DNA from: Blepharisma stoltei ATCC 30299
Taxonomy: Eukaryota > Protista > Ciliophora
NCBI GenBank assembly: GCA_965603825.1
Contig: CBFDEM010000012.1
Coordinates: 784,073 to 848,072 of the forward strand
Reading direction: 5' to 3'
DNA length: 64,000 nucleotides
Below the pieces are notes generated by a model, which was not told the DNA's origin, ran no database searches, and saw only the letters and a list, made by a program, of their open reading frames with translations. Positions 13,419 through 24,856 of the stretch are shown in pieces (position 1 is the stretch's first letter; each line of letters starts with the position of its first letter). The translations under genes and the position numbers were made by a program.

Positions 13419-15059
13419 ATGCAAATAGCAGAATCGATTTCAAAATTCCACAGAAACGTTCCTGAGCTCGCAATCCGCAGGAAAACAGTTGTTGATAATA
13501 AAGAAAAAAGTCATCAAATTGAACGAAGTGATTTTGCTGACATAATTAAAGCTCAAAATATTAATAGCATCCCGAAATCGTTTACAGATGATCTAAACAC
13601 TCTTGCTGTTCATGTCCCAGGACTAAAACACCAGAGGCAATCCTCAGTTACAGATCTTAAAAGATCTTATACAGAGCGCACACTTCTTAACGATGAGCCA
13701 GATTCAGCCAATGAGCTCAGCTCAAAACTGAAAAACCGAGGATCAATAAGCAGTAGCCTGCATTATCAATTTCTCGATAAAATTTCCATTGAAGAATGAC
13801 GCATTATTCATAGCGAAATATATGAAATAGCAGAAAATACAAGGATAGGGCTACTTGAAAAAGTGTCAGGTTTAGGTATTTCAAAGCTGTCTCCTGAGGA
13901 TATAAAAGAAATCAGACAATTAGGAAAAAACTCCTGCTTACTATGTGGTTGCAGCTGCCGAGCTAATAACAAAAACTTACCAAGAAATTTATCCCAATTA
14001 AAGCCAGAGCAGGCAAATTCTTTCCCACAGACTAATATTTCTACTTTTGACCTTTCTGAAACAGCAAGCTTTAAGCGGTGTAAAAAATGCTTATGCCTAA
14101 CCAATGTCTCAGACTCCAGTTCTTATTGTGAATATTGCTTGATTTCTCCAGTAAATGAAGCAATGCTAAATGACCAAATCGCTATTATTATGCAGATCAA
14201 GTCAAATTTAGAGATGCCGATAAGAAGCCAGAAATCGTCAAGAAATCACGATCCGCCACCGATTTCTTCAAATATGTTTGAAAATGGGAGGCTTAAATCA
14301 ATAACCCCACCGAAGAGAAGACTGCCAAGCATATCTGGATGCTCTTCTAAAGAAATGCAGCAGGAAACCAGCCCTTTTGCAATTGATTTTTCTATAGGAG
14401 GAAATAAGCTGTCATTGGACTTATCGTTAAAATCGCAATATTTAAGGGTGATAATACCTCAATTTATTAATCAAAAAGAGACAAATGAAGGTAAGCGGCA
14501 AAATAACCCAGAAGCTTTAATGCAAACTTCTTTTACTCAGCTAGCGCCTCCATTTTCAATAAAAAACCCGATAACTCCCTGCTTTAAAGATCCAAATGAA
14601 GGGTCTAATAATGACGCAACTTCAGCTGATATGAGTCGGATTATCAAGATAATCGGAAAACTAAAAGCTACTTGCGCACATTTGCAGAGTAAGTCCATAA
14701 GTTTGCTGAAGCAGATCATTGCTGATGGTTCAGATTATAAAAGTTTGTACCTTGACTATTTGGTTTGTATGAGTTCTATTCTTAAAGGGATTTACAAGGT
14801 ATTTCCACAGCACGCTCAGCCGCTTGAGGCTATGATGAAATGTGTTTCTTTGCTTTTTGAGATAATGATGCAGAAAATTGAGAGTCTCACTCAAGAATCC
14901 TTGAGTTTTAAAGTAAAAGCGATCAGTTTGCAAGCTGAGATACAGAAAAAAGAAGAAGAGCATGAAGCGCAGTATTCTCAAATGAACAATATCCTTCAGA
15001 AATATGAAGGGATTATTGATTATTACAAGAACTGTGAGGCAAAATCTCTAAATGTTTAA
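13419..15059 (+). CDS. Hypothetical protein with a Cys cluster (CxxCxC...CxxC...CxxC) and C-terminal coiled coil, 546 aa
   Basis: 13419-13799 and 13863-15059 are in frame across TGA 13797. Confidence 0.75.
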
Positions 15060-15492
15060 GTAAAATTATCCCATAAAAAATTAAAAATAATTCACTCAAA
15101 AGAAAAGAATTAATTTATGTCATTATGATGCATTTGAATAGGCAAAACGCTATTAGGACTAAGCTTTTATATATAATTCTGGCCTATAAGACTCTAAAAA
15201 TACTTTAAAAGTTTCTTTGAATTATTCGAAACAATTAATGAGAGCTAATGTAGAAATTCCCTCTCTGATAAATTCGCACAATAATATCCTTTCTGGCGTT
15301 TAGAAATCCCATGATTATTTTACATCCTAAAAGTGATTCAATCATATGGTAAAAGATCAATCAGAAACAAGCTATATCGCTATAATTATTTCATAATTAA
15401 GCATAAATGCCATTATTGTTTTTAGGAAAATGCTGAAAAATAAAGCATTAAACACCCATGTGAACTTTCTTAAATTATAATAATTATGATTA

Positions 15493-18400
15493 CTAATATC
15501 TTGCTTGATTCTCTTCTTCCCCTTCTTCTCCTTCATTTTCAGCTTTATCCATCATTGACCTTAATTCACTCACTGGGTCTGGCAACAACTTCAGCTGGCC
15601 AGAAGTTATACTTTGGTTGCACATAGGACAGGTCGGCTCAGACTCCAACGACCTGACCAACTCTGACAATATTGCAGGGAATTTACAATTTGGACATTGG
15701 CTCCATTCCTTCAAAATCATATGCTTTCCTGATGCAACACAGTAAGGAATCGAGTTCTTGCAGCTCTCACACTCTAATTCATAATCAAAAATATAAGCAT
15801 TACAAAACGGACACTGAGAAGTTGTCTCCTCTGGGTCAGCAACTTTTGGCCTTTTAATTGCTACTTTTTCAATAGGTTTCTTGTATTTTTCATCTAAATA
15901 CACTCTATATTCAGGCCTAACCAGCACACAGGCCCAGTTGTAAGCAGCTTCTTTAAGCCCAGCTTTGGTGCATTCTAAGACTGTAGATGTTAGGATTTGT
16001 ACAGTGTGGGCTGGGAATTGAGAAATATTCTTGCCAACTCGGTTCAAAAGTTTGGCAGCGGCTAAATGGTCTTGCAGCTTGGCGAGCCTTTTTACAATGA
16101 CATAGGAGTGGACGATCATGAGCTTATTCTGCATTGCTTGAGGAACTCTTTGGCCTTCTTCTCTTAAGCGTTTTGTGGTGTCGTATAATATGGTGTGAGC
16201 TTTTTTATAGTTTCCTGCTTCCATCTCTTCAGTGGCTATAATTATTGCAGTATTTGCAGCTTCTTTAAGCCTTCCCATCACTAAATTTAGCCTAAAAATG
16301 TACTTAGGGTCCTTTGGAATCCCATCCCCCATTTCTCCCATAAAAAAGTCATATAATTGCATAGAAATTACGTCGCTTTTGGCTCTTCCCGCCATATCTA
16401 TAGCTTCATCATAATACTCCTCCCCAGCCTGCATATAAAGCTGCAAGCATTTCTGCAGATTCCCTGCTTTCTCATAATGCCTAGCAGCTAGCCAAGGCTT
16501 ATCTTGTCCTTCAGCAACAAGCGCAATTTTCACATGCTCTTCTACATTTTTATCATCTCTTTCTAGTACAATTTTTGAGTATTTTTCTATTAACTTATTG
16601 CTTTGAGCTAATACGGAAGCGTCCTGTTTTCTCTCAGCCATAATTAAAAATTCCAAGGCTTCTTCTTTTTTGCCTTTGTCAATTAAATAATCAGCCATCA
16701 TAGAAGCTGCAGCTGTAGTTGGGCATTTTGTTTTTATTAAAGTTTTAGCTCTGTCTGGGTTATCAAGTGTCCCAAGATTAAGTCTTATCACGCTTTCGAA
16801 ATCCCCAGCCTTTTCATAAGCTTCTTCTGCTTCTTTAAAAGAATTTTCAGCTTCTTTAGCTTTGGCCAACTGAATAAGGAGTTTTGGGGTCTTAATGACG
16901 CTCATAAGTTCAAGAGCTTCTTTCCATTTTTTCAGCCTGATATATAAGCTGGCTGCTTTTTCAGGCTGTCCTCCACTTTTGTAGAGCTGAGCAGCTTCAA
17001 TGTAATGCTTCATTTGTTCACATACTTGGGCACAGTCTACTTTTAGCTGGGGATCGTTCAGTTCTAAAGCAATTTTATTGCCTCGGGTGATGTCGCCATT
17101 TCTTATGCTGGTCCTGGCCATTCCTGCGTAACTCTGCATAAGATTTTGGTTCAGCTCTTGAGAAGATAGTCCTGAGCCTTGCATGCTCTGAGCTGCTCTT
17201 TCAAATAGTCGTAAAGCTTCAGAATAATTTCCTTGGGCTTCTAATTGTAAAGCCAGCTGTTTGCTAATGATTGGTTCTTCTTCTGGAGCTACAGATCTGG
17301 CAAGCTGTAAGGCAATAATTCAGTCCTGTAGGTCACATCTCATTTCTAAAGCTAGCTTCGGCTGTGAGGATTTCATATACAAATCTTGAGCTAAATCATG
17401 CTGATGTAAAATTAAAGCGACATTTCCAAGTAAAATCTGTTTTTCACTCTCATGCTTCATATTTTTAATAGCATACACCATCCCTACATTTTTAGAAATC
17501 TGATAAGCGCGCTCAGCTACCTCAAGATCAAGATTTTGCAAGGCTAAATTTCCTAGCACCTCAGGGATTTTTACTCCTCCCAGCTTTTCTGCTACCAAAA
17601 AGCACTGTTGAAACCGCTTTAGCGATAAATTTTGCAAGAAAAATTTATAATGGCCTTCTGGGGTATCACTTCTGCCTCTCCATTGGTTCAAGTACGTGTG
17701 GCTTGACAAAAAGTTTCCTTTGACATTCCCTTGTGATTCAGATAAGCAAAATAAAATTCCATTAAAAAGCAGCACCGGTTTTTGGCCTTTTTCTATAATA
17801 GTCACAGACTCCCTTAAATTCTTATCCAAATCTTCTACAGATAAAAGCTCCCTTACTGGCTCTATAGTAGCCCCATATAGTGTTACCGGACTATAAAGAA
17901 ACGCCAGAACTTTTTCAGCTTCACAAATGACAAATAAATTTTGGTCAGACGTGTCCCATATCACTTTAAGCACGCTGCTTGAAAAATTGGGAATGCTGAG
18001 TCTTTTTTCATTAGCTGGGGTGTATAAAAATCCAGCCCCAGTCACGTCTTTGACAACCACTTTAGTGCCGGTTTGGCTTGGATATACAGCCGCTATTGGG
18101 GATTCCATCCTATATTCACTTACAAAATTCATATCTTCTAGCGAAAAGCATCTAATCCTATTAGAAGCGTCGCCAATAAACAAGAAACTTGGGCTCATAG
18201 CGATGCAAGCGACTTTTTCATCATTTCCTTCAGGAAACTGCTTTTCTGCTTTAGGGTCGTCGTTTTCTATTAAATGCAGAGAACAAATCCCATCAGAAAG
18301 AGTAGCGGTCCAGGCATGGTTAATTACCATACTTTTGGCGCTGCCGCGGTAATCCCTTTTTCTTACACAGACTCCGCCGTCAATTAGGTCTTTTTTGTGG

Positions 18401-19632
18401 TCTCTTCATCTGTAGTACCATACACTGGCATTAATTCCTACACCTATATGGAAAGGTCCTAAGCACATAATAGAAGGCTCAGTCTCCAAGGTAACTTTAT
18501 TGATAACTCTTACCCCGCCTGAACACTCAATAACTGAAATTTCAGTCAAAGACGTCAAAAGGCCTACCAAAGTCCCAAAAGAGCTCGAAAGAGAAGGCAT
18601 AATCATCAAAAAGTTCAGCAATTTCCCACCTGTGGTAGCTGCCGTCAAAATTTGTCCGTCATCAGTCCAATACATTTTCGTAATCCTCCCATCCTCAAAA
18701 GCCAGCTCAATTTTGTCACTCCTACTTTCCTTAAAATTTGACAAAGCCAAAATCCTAATTGAATTATCCCCTGCAATAGCCACCTTCCCTAAACTTTTGC
18801 ATACACAAATAGCATCGAGTGTCGTATTAAAAAGCTTCACTGAATTTATCTCATTCCCCATTTCCGCTAAATGTGTAGTTATTGCTACAACCCAGCCTTC
18901 ACTAAATCCTGCTATAATCCTATCCTCACTAAACCACTCATAAGTCAAAAGCCGTCCATAATGCTGCTGAAAAGAAATTTCTATAGAGGATAAGTTATCA
19001 TTTGTAAAATAAGCCAATAAACATTGGTCTTTTAGCATCATAGTTGCCATTCCTGCATTACCCCATTTTAAGTTCCAAGGTTGGGCCTTTATTTGCGAGC
19101 TCTGCATTTTGGTGTCTCCGTTCATAGTAGAAATTGTCAAAGTCTTATCGTCGCTTCCTGTTATTAAAAGATCATCTTTTGACCAGTCACCTGATATGAC
19201 CTTCATTGAGTGCTTGCCGACGGTCGGGATTTTGCGCTGAGTTCCTTTGTTATAGAAGACTAGGCCTCCTTTTTCTGAGCCAATTGCGAGGACTGGCTGA
19301 ACCTTGCTCCATTTGATGAAACTCGGACGGTCATTTGACCCGATTTCTAGCTGGGTGTAATTGCGGGTGTTTATATTTCAGACGAGGACGTAGGTGAGGC
19401 CTTCTTGGAGAATTGCAACTGCTTCTCCATCTTTGTCCCAGTCAAGTTCCTTTAGTGGGCGGTTCTCAGGGAGGGAAAGCTCAGTGTATTTTTTGCCTTG
19501 GCGGTCAAGAATATGCACAATTCCACTGCTGCCACATACTGCAACTAGAGAGTCTGAACGCTGCCAGGCGAATAACAATTCTCCTTGTCCAAGCCAGTCT
19601 GAGCCTATTGAAAAGACTGCTTTGTTTGCCAT
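15493..19632 (-). CDS. IFT144: Intraflagellar transport protein 144 (WDR19), 1379 aa
   Basis: Four same-frame ORFs joined by TGA=Trp. N-terminal WD40 repeats (LDWDKDGE), ALEMRCDLQD-W, LxIxHSYVIVK, ISQFPAHTVQILTSTVLEC, and a C-terminal Zn ribbon CPFC...IPYCVASGKHM...CPMC. Confidence 0.96.
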
Positions 19633-19715
19633 TTTATTTAAATTTTCCGAAAAGTGAAATTCAATAACTGACTTTGGGAAGAGGAATTGAAAAATTAAGA
19701 TAAATACATGAATGC

Positions 19716-20801
19716 TTAACTATTGTTACGAGGGTTCATATTTATATGCTGAAAAGAGTCCATCGGAGAAAAAGGCGGAAGTGTATAAGATTGTAAGCTG
19801 GATGCTCTCAGCTGCCTTAAGAAATCCATGCTGATTTCTGATTTCCACCCTGATGAAGAATCATACTTTTTAAGGCTTTGAAGTGAATCAGATCGCTGAA
19901 TTTCTTGGCCTATTTCTTGTACGCCTCCTAAAGAATCCCCTCTTTGTAGCGTCCCATCAAACACCTCAGGGTTATCCCAGTTGCAAATCGGAAAATCTTC
20001 AGGAAATTTAAGCATGTTATTTTTCTTGAAATTATACTCAGTCTGATAATTAGCCAAATTAAAAATTGGCATGGATGGCTCAATCTTAATATCGTCCTGC
20101 TTGATTTCTTCTGGCTGATATAACGGTGGACAAATAATACTTGATTTTTCTTTAGGCTCTTCATATAGAGAACATAGAATATTTGGTGTTTCGTCCTGAA
20201 TATTTTCATCTTTTAAAGGCACTTCAGCTTGATTTTTAATGGGAGGAGATTTTAAAGGCTCTTTGTTATTAGGTAAAGGCTTTGTTTTTTTGTCTTCAGA
20301 TTTGCGGACTGTACTTGTTTCCTTTGGGATTTCAGAACTAGTTGCTAATATCGCATAGTAAGCTGGATTTTGCAAAATTTGTTTGACTTTGCCTAAAATC
20401 CTCTCATTTGGTGGCCTTTTTTTATTGTATCGGCGAAGGTTTTTGCGGACTGTGCTGTAGAATTGGTTTTTAATTGAGTTGTCTGATCTTCCAGGAAGAT
20501 ATCTTGCAATTTCAGACCATTTGTTACCGTAGATTTGTTGGTACTCAAATAAAATCTTTTCTTCTTCTTTTGTCCAAGCTTCTTTGTTTATTACTGGGTT
20601 GATGTGGTTGTGCCATCTTTCTCTGCATTGTTTTGCAGTTCTAAGTAATTATTACCTTCCCTTTACCTTATGACGCTCTTGTAAATTCTGGGCTATCAAA
20701 ATCCAGTTCTTATCACCGAATTCCTCCACAAGCTCCCTAATCCATTTGTCTTCCTATATGAAAATCACCTCTTCGTTCCAAATTTTTCCTTTTCGCATCA
20801 T
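19716..20801 (-). CDS. R2R3 Myb transcription factor
   Basis: MMRKGKIWNEE|EDKWIRELVEEFGDKNW...GR|TAKQCRERWHNHINP...WTKEEE...GNKWSEIARYLPGRSDNSIKNQFYS. Two 15-nt introns at 20754-20768 and 20641-20655; in frame with ORF 19716-20375. Confidence 0.93.
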
Positions 20802-21216
20802 TTTTTTGTATACTAAAGATATTATTTTCTGACTATTATTTACTCATTAAATTAACCTGAATATGTGCAGCATAATGGTAATAGGAATTCTTAGAAATAG
20901 GATAAAAAATTACATTTAAATAAAAACAACAAAGTAATCGTCTTGCACTTTCTAAGTAATCTTATTTAAAACATGAAGTATAATCATTCATGCTATGAGC
21001 TTCCTAATATTTATCAAACAATGATCTTGAGGATGTTATAGATATTCAAATTTTCAGAGAAATGATATTATTCACTTACCATTTTTTATGAATATGCTAA
21101 TTTTTGTCTTGATATTAAATAATTAATACTCATTTAAAAGCTGCATAATATATAATAAATAAATTTTAATTATACTCATAAATAATTTCTATAGAGTACT
21201 CAGAAAGATTAATTAT

Positions 21217-22281
21217 CTAATTCAATGCAATATTTCCTGTCAGCTTTTCCTCTTCTTTCTTTTTTCTCTCTTCATGCATAACTTTAGCAGTATCCCCAGT
21301 TCTGCTCTCCTTCGTCACCATTTGTCTCTTCCTTGGCTTACCTTCATCCATATCAATCATTTTTCTTCTTATCAAGGAATCAAACCTATCTTCAGTCACG
21401 TTTCCTTTCACACTAACTTTTCTTAAATTACTAGGCAGATCAACAACCCCAATTGTTTCAGGAAGCTCATATCGGAACTTCCCCATTCTTATTTTCGGAG
21501 CTTTTTCTCCTCTCATTTCTAGCTCCTCCCTCAGTCTTTTTTGCAATTCAAACTCCTCTTTGCTTTGTTTTCGGATTTTCTCCTCTTTTTTAATTTCTCC
21601 CATAATCTGTGGTAGTTGATCTATCTGTTTTTTAAATTTCCTTTCGTCAGCTTGGATTTTTTTCAGCTTCTCTTTAAGTTTTCCACGCATTTTTACGTTT
21701 TTTTCTGTGTTTGTCAAAAATTTCTCTTTTACAGGAGGATTTTTAATGAAATTTGCAGGGGTGTCGTCTTCTTCTTCACTTTCTACTGGGCTTGGTAAAT
21801 CATCAACTACCTTGTAGCTATTAAGGATTTCATTGACTTTTTGCTTTTTTGCTTCTGCATTTTCCTCTTCTTCAATGATTTTTTCCAGTAAATCGTTATG
21901 CTCTTCTTTTGAAGGCAGGTAACTTTGCCCAGGGTGTGGGGCCAATACTGCAGGAATGTGTGTTTTTTTGGTTTCTGGAGCTGTGGCTTGTGTGTCGTCG
22001 TTCCATAAATCGTAAAGATTTTCTTCTTTTTGTGGCTTGGATTTTGAAGGCTTTAGTTTTTCAAGCCTCCTTTTTTCGCCTTTAGTGAAGCTGCGGATTT
22101 CTTTATCTTTTGCGAATTTTTCTGGGTATTGAGGAGCTAATTTCTTTTGGATGGAATCGTCACCTTTTTTATCGATCATGAAGAGGTCTTTTGGGATTTT
22201 GGGTTTTGTGGTTTCTTCTTGAAGGTTTTCTATGCTTGTGGCTTCTGCTTTCTTTTTGTTAAGTTTGATCTTTTTAACCAT
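21217..22281 (-). CDS. NOP53: Ribosome biogenesis protein NOP53 (GLTSCR2)
   Basis: LFMIDKKGD (AIM-like motif), YDLW, PAVLAPHPGQSYLPSKEEHNDLL, LPSNLRKV...DRFDSLIRRKMI. The start may instead be 22293. Confidence 0.88.
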   Translation of the reverse strand: MVKKIKLNKKKAEATSIENLQEETTKPKIPKDLFMIDKKGDDSIQKKLAPQYPEKFAKDKEIRSFTKGEKRRLEKLKPSKSKPQKEENLYDLWNDDTQATAPETKKTHIPAVLAPHPGQSYLPSKEEHNDLLEKIIEEEENAEAKKQKVNEILNSYKVVDDLPSPVESEEEDDTPANFIKNPPVKEKFLTNTEKNVKMRGKLKEKLKKIQADERKFKKQIDQLPQIMGEIKKEEKIRKQSKEEFELQKRLREELEMRGEKAPKIRMGKFRYELPETIGVVDLPSNLRKVSVKGNVTEDRFDSLIRRKMIDMDEGKPRKRQMVTKESRTGDTAKVMHEERKKKEEEKLTGNIALN

Positions 22282-22473
22282 ATTAATTATCATGGATTTA
22301 GAATTAGCCTAATTGATCTTAATTATTGGGATATAAATTCATTATTTTTCGATGCGATTATTATATTTTATGATTTATTAACGCTAAAGGGTATATATAT
22401 TGACTATTTAAGGAAAATATGTCTATATCTTTACTATTTAAGAGTTATTAACAAAAATCACATAAAGAACGAC

Positions 22474-23094
22474 TTAATTGGCTACTAATCTATCAGCAGA
22501 TAGCCTTCTAATTCTGTTATAATAAGAAATCGACGCACATAGAAGTGACAATATCGCTACCACAAGGTCATCGATACTTCCTATAGGCCCAACTTCAGCT
22601 TCATTTATTATATCTTCAGGTAGCATTACATAAACTACACAAAACGCCACAAGTAAAATAACTTTCCAAAACCTGAAAATCCTCAAAAAATCCCCACTTA
22701 TAATAAACCTTAATAGCAGCGTTGGAGCCTCTACAATGGTTTGCCAGATCGTCCTTGGATAGCGATCTGAATTGAATGTATTAATTTCTTTCATTAGTTC
22801 TTTTGTTTCTTCTGTTTCTTGAAAATCAGGGAAAAGCAAATGAACTGATGTTCTGCAAGCTGGGCATGACAAAGATCTGTCGTGCTTCCAGACTTGTATA
22901 ATGCATTGACCACAATATTCATGTCCGCATGAAGTTTGAACTGGATTATTTACACGATCTAAGCAGAGTAAGCACTCATCACTTCTGTATACTCTTTCAG
23001 GCCTTCGGGGATCAACAATAATTTTTGGTTTGAGAAGGTAAGAAGCTACAAAAATGAAAATCACGACAATTGCAGCGGCTACGTAATGATGCAT
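22474..23094 (-). CDS. RNF170: RNF170-like membrane E3 ubiquitin ligase (RING + DUF1232)
   Basis: CLLC...PVQTSCGHEYCGQCIIQVW...CPACRTSV, followed by YVMLPEDIINEAEVGPIGSIDDL. Confidence 0.85.
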   Translation of the reverse strand: MHHYVAAAIVVIFIFVASYLLKPKIIVDPRRPERVYRSDECLLCLDRVNNPVQTSCGHEYCGQCIIQVWKHDRSLSCPACRTSVHLLFPDFQETEETKELMKEINTFNSDRYPRTIWQTIVEAPTLLLRFIISGDFLRIFRFWKVILLVAFCVVYVMLPEDIINEAEVGPIGSIDDLVVAILSLLCASISYYNRIRRLSADRLVAN

Positions 23095-24165
23095 ATTTTT
23101 TATTAATGTTTAACAAAATATGAGGGGTTAATTGTAATTCAAAATAGCATATGATTCAAGCTAAATTTTGGAAAAGGTGTGAATTCAAGCGAATTATTTT
23201 GTACTAATTAATAAATGACTGAATTTTCAGACTTGAATCTAATTATTGAGCTTATCGATAGCAGAGCTGGACAAAATTATTGTTTCTGCTTAAAGAATTT
23301 ATTTTTCAAAAGCTATTAAAGGTTTTATATTGTTTTTAAACAAATTTAAGATAATGTTATGCTGCTGATATCTTTCATTTAAAACATCAATTAGAAATTA
23401 GGGATGAGCAAGTAAATTTATCAAGCAGCTCTAAATAATTGAAACTTAAATTTACACAAGGCCTTTTTGAAAGATTTAGGTATAAACACATTTTAATTCC
23501 AATTTTGTATAGGACTTTCAGTTTATAGAATATAAGATTTCTGGATGGAAATTTAGAAAAGCTTTGACTAGCTTAAAAAAGCCAATTAAAATTATTTCAC
23601 ATGAGAATTCAAAATAAATAATCAAATTTATAAATTTTTATAGATACAATAATTATTAAATGCGGAAGAAGCTAAAAGCTACCAAAAATATTTAACTTGA
23701 ATTTTAGAGATATGATTGCGAAGGGTTGATTATTGATACCAATAAAGGATTTGGCTTTTTATGTTTGAGCCTGTGGCTATATTAGTAGCCTTATTATATT
23801 CTGCTCAAATTGATCTATATAGCTCAAAAAAATTTTTGTCAAAGATGTAAATTGATTTTGCTGAAATGCAAACATTTGGTAAGAATATTTTTATTGCAGT
23901 AGATTTATTAAATATTTATATAGTGCCTGTGCAAAAGCATCCTATTATTATCATTACTATGGCTAGAGTTTTTTGATTTAAGAATAGTCATAAATTCCTT
24001 AAATTGTTTTTCAAGAATTCTGTCTTTCTTGATGCAATAATAAACTATTTGAACCACAAAAATTGTATTAAAAAAATATTAAATTATCCAGACCAAATAT
24101 TTGATAAAACAGTTCACTACTTGATAGCAATTTTTATGTCATCATTCACTGGAAAATAAATATAA

Positions 24166-24717
24166 ATGGAAAGAGAAGCCGAAAACTTAGAAAGAGCTAA
24201 CTTACAAAGCACTTCTACTGAAGGAGCAGCTTACTATGACGCTAATAATAAATTTAAAGCAACTTCTGAAGGCTGCTTGGTTGAGTACTTAAAATCCCAC
24301 GGGTCAGCAACTTTAAGTGAACTTGAAAATCATATTGAGTCGAATTTTAGCTTGTTAAGAAATCAAAAAGGCAAAAAATACGTCCAAATCCCAGAGCAAC
24401 TGACCAGATCAACCCTAATCAGAAACAGGCGAATTTTTAATCTAGACCAGAATGAAAAATGGTCTCTTATAGTAACTCTTATTCAGGCTGGAAATTTAGA
24501 AGACTTCGAGAATGAACAAATTGCATTGATTTCTAAGTACGCTAAAAAGAAATTGGAAAAACAAAAGCAAAAAGAAGAGGAGAAAGCCCAATACCTTGTA
24601 TTCAAAAACTTACTAAAATTAGATAAAGTGCTGAGAGAGGAAACTAAAGAAGGCGCCGGTGTTAAGAAAGCAATTGATGAAGCATATGCATATGCAAAAA
24701 TCGCTCATAATAAGTAA
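24166..24717 (+). CDS. Small putative winged-helix (HARE-HTH-like) family protein, copy A
   Basis: KFKATSEGCLVEYLKSHG..TLSELE...LRNQKGKKYVQ.PEQLTRSTL...IF...W, then a basic helix and IDEAY. Probable 15-nt intron at 24472-24486, at the same position as in the paralogs. Confidence 0.8.
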   Translation: MEREAENLERANLQSTSTEGAAYYDANNKFKATSEGCLVEYLKSHGSATLSELENHIESNFSLLRNQKGKKYVQIPEQLTRSTLIRNRRIFNLDQNEKWSLIVTLIQAGNLEDFENEQIALISKYAKKKLEKQKQKEEEKAQYLVFKNLLKLDKVLREETKEGAGVKKAIDEAYAYAKIAHNK

Positions 24718-24856
24718 TGGTTAATATTTAACTAAAAAGTTTATAGACATAAATATTATTTTAATTTAAAAATTTAAAGAATAAAAGAAAATTCGAAAAA
24801 TAGACAAATAGACAAATAAACAAATAATTAATTTCAGGCAGTTTAAGATGAAAAGC

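Noticed and set aside
15493-19632. Selenocysteine recoding of TGA
   Set aside because: TGA falls at Trp positions of WD40, Rab and MULE motifs, not at redox Cys sites.
1-23094. Apparent pseudogenes or split genes in the ORF track
   Set aside because: All breaks checked are TGA=Trp or 15-16 nt introns, and the frames are continuous.
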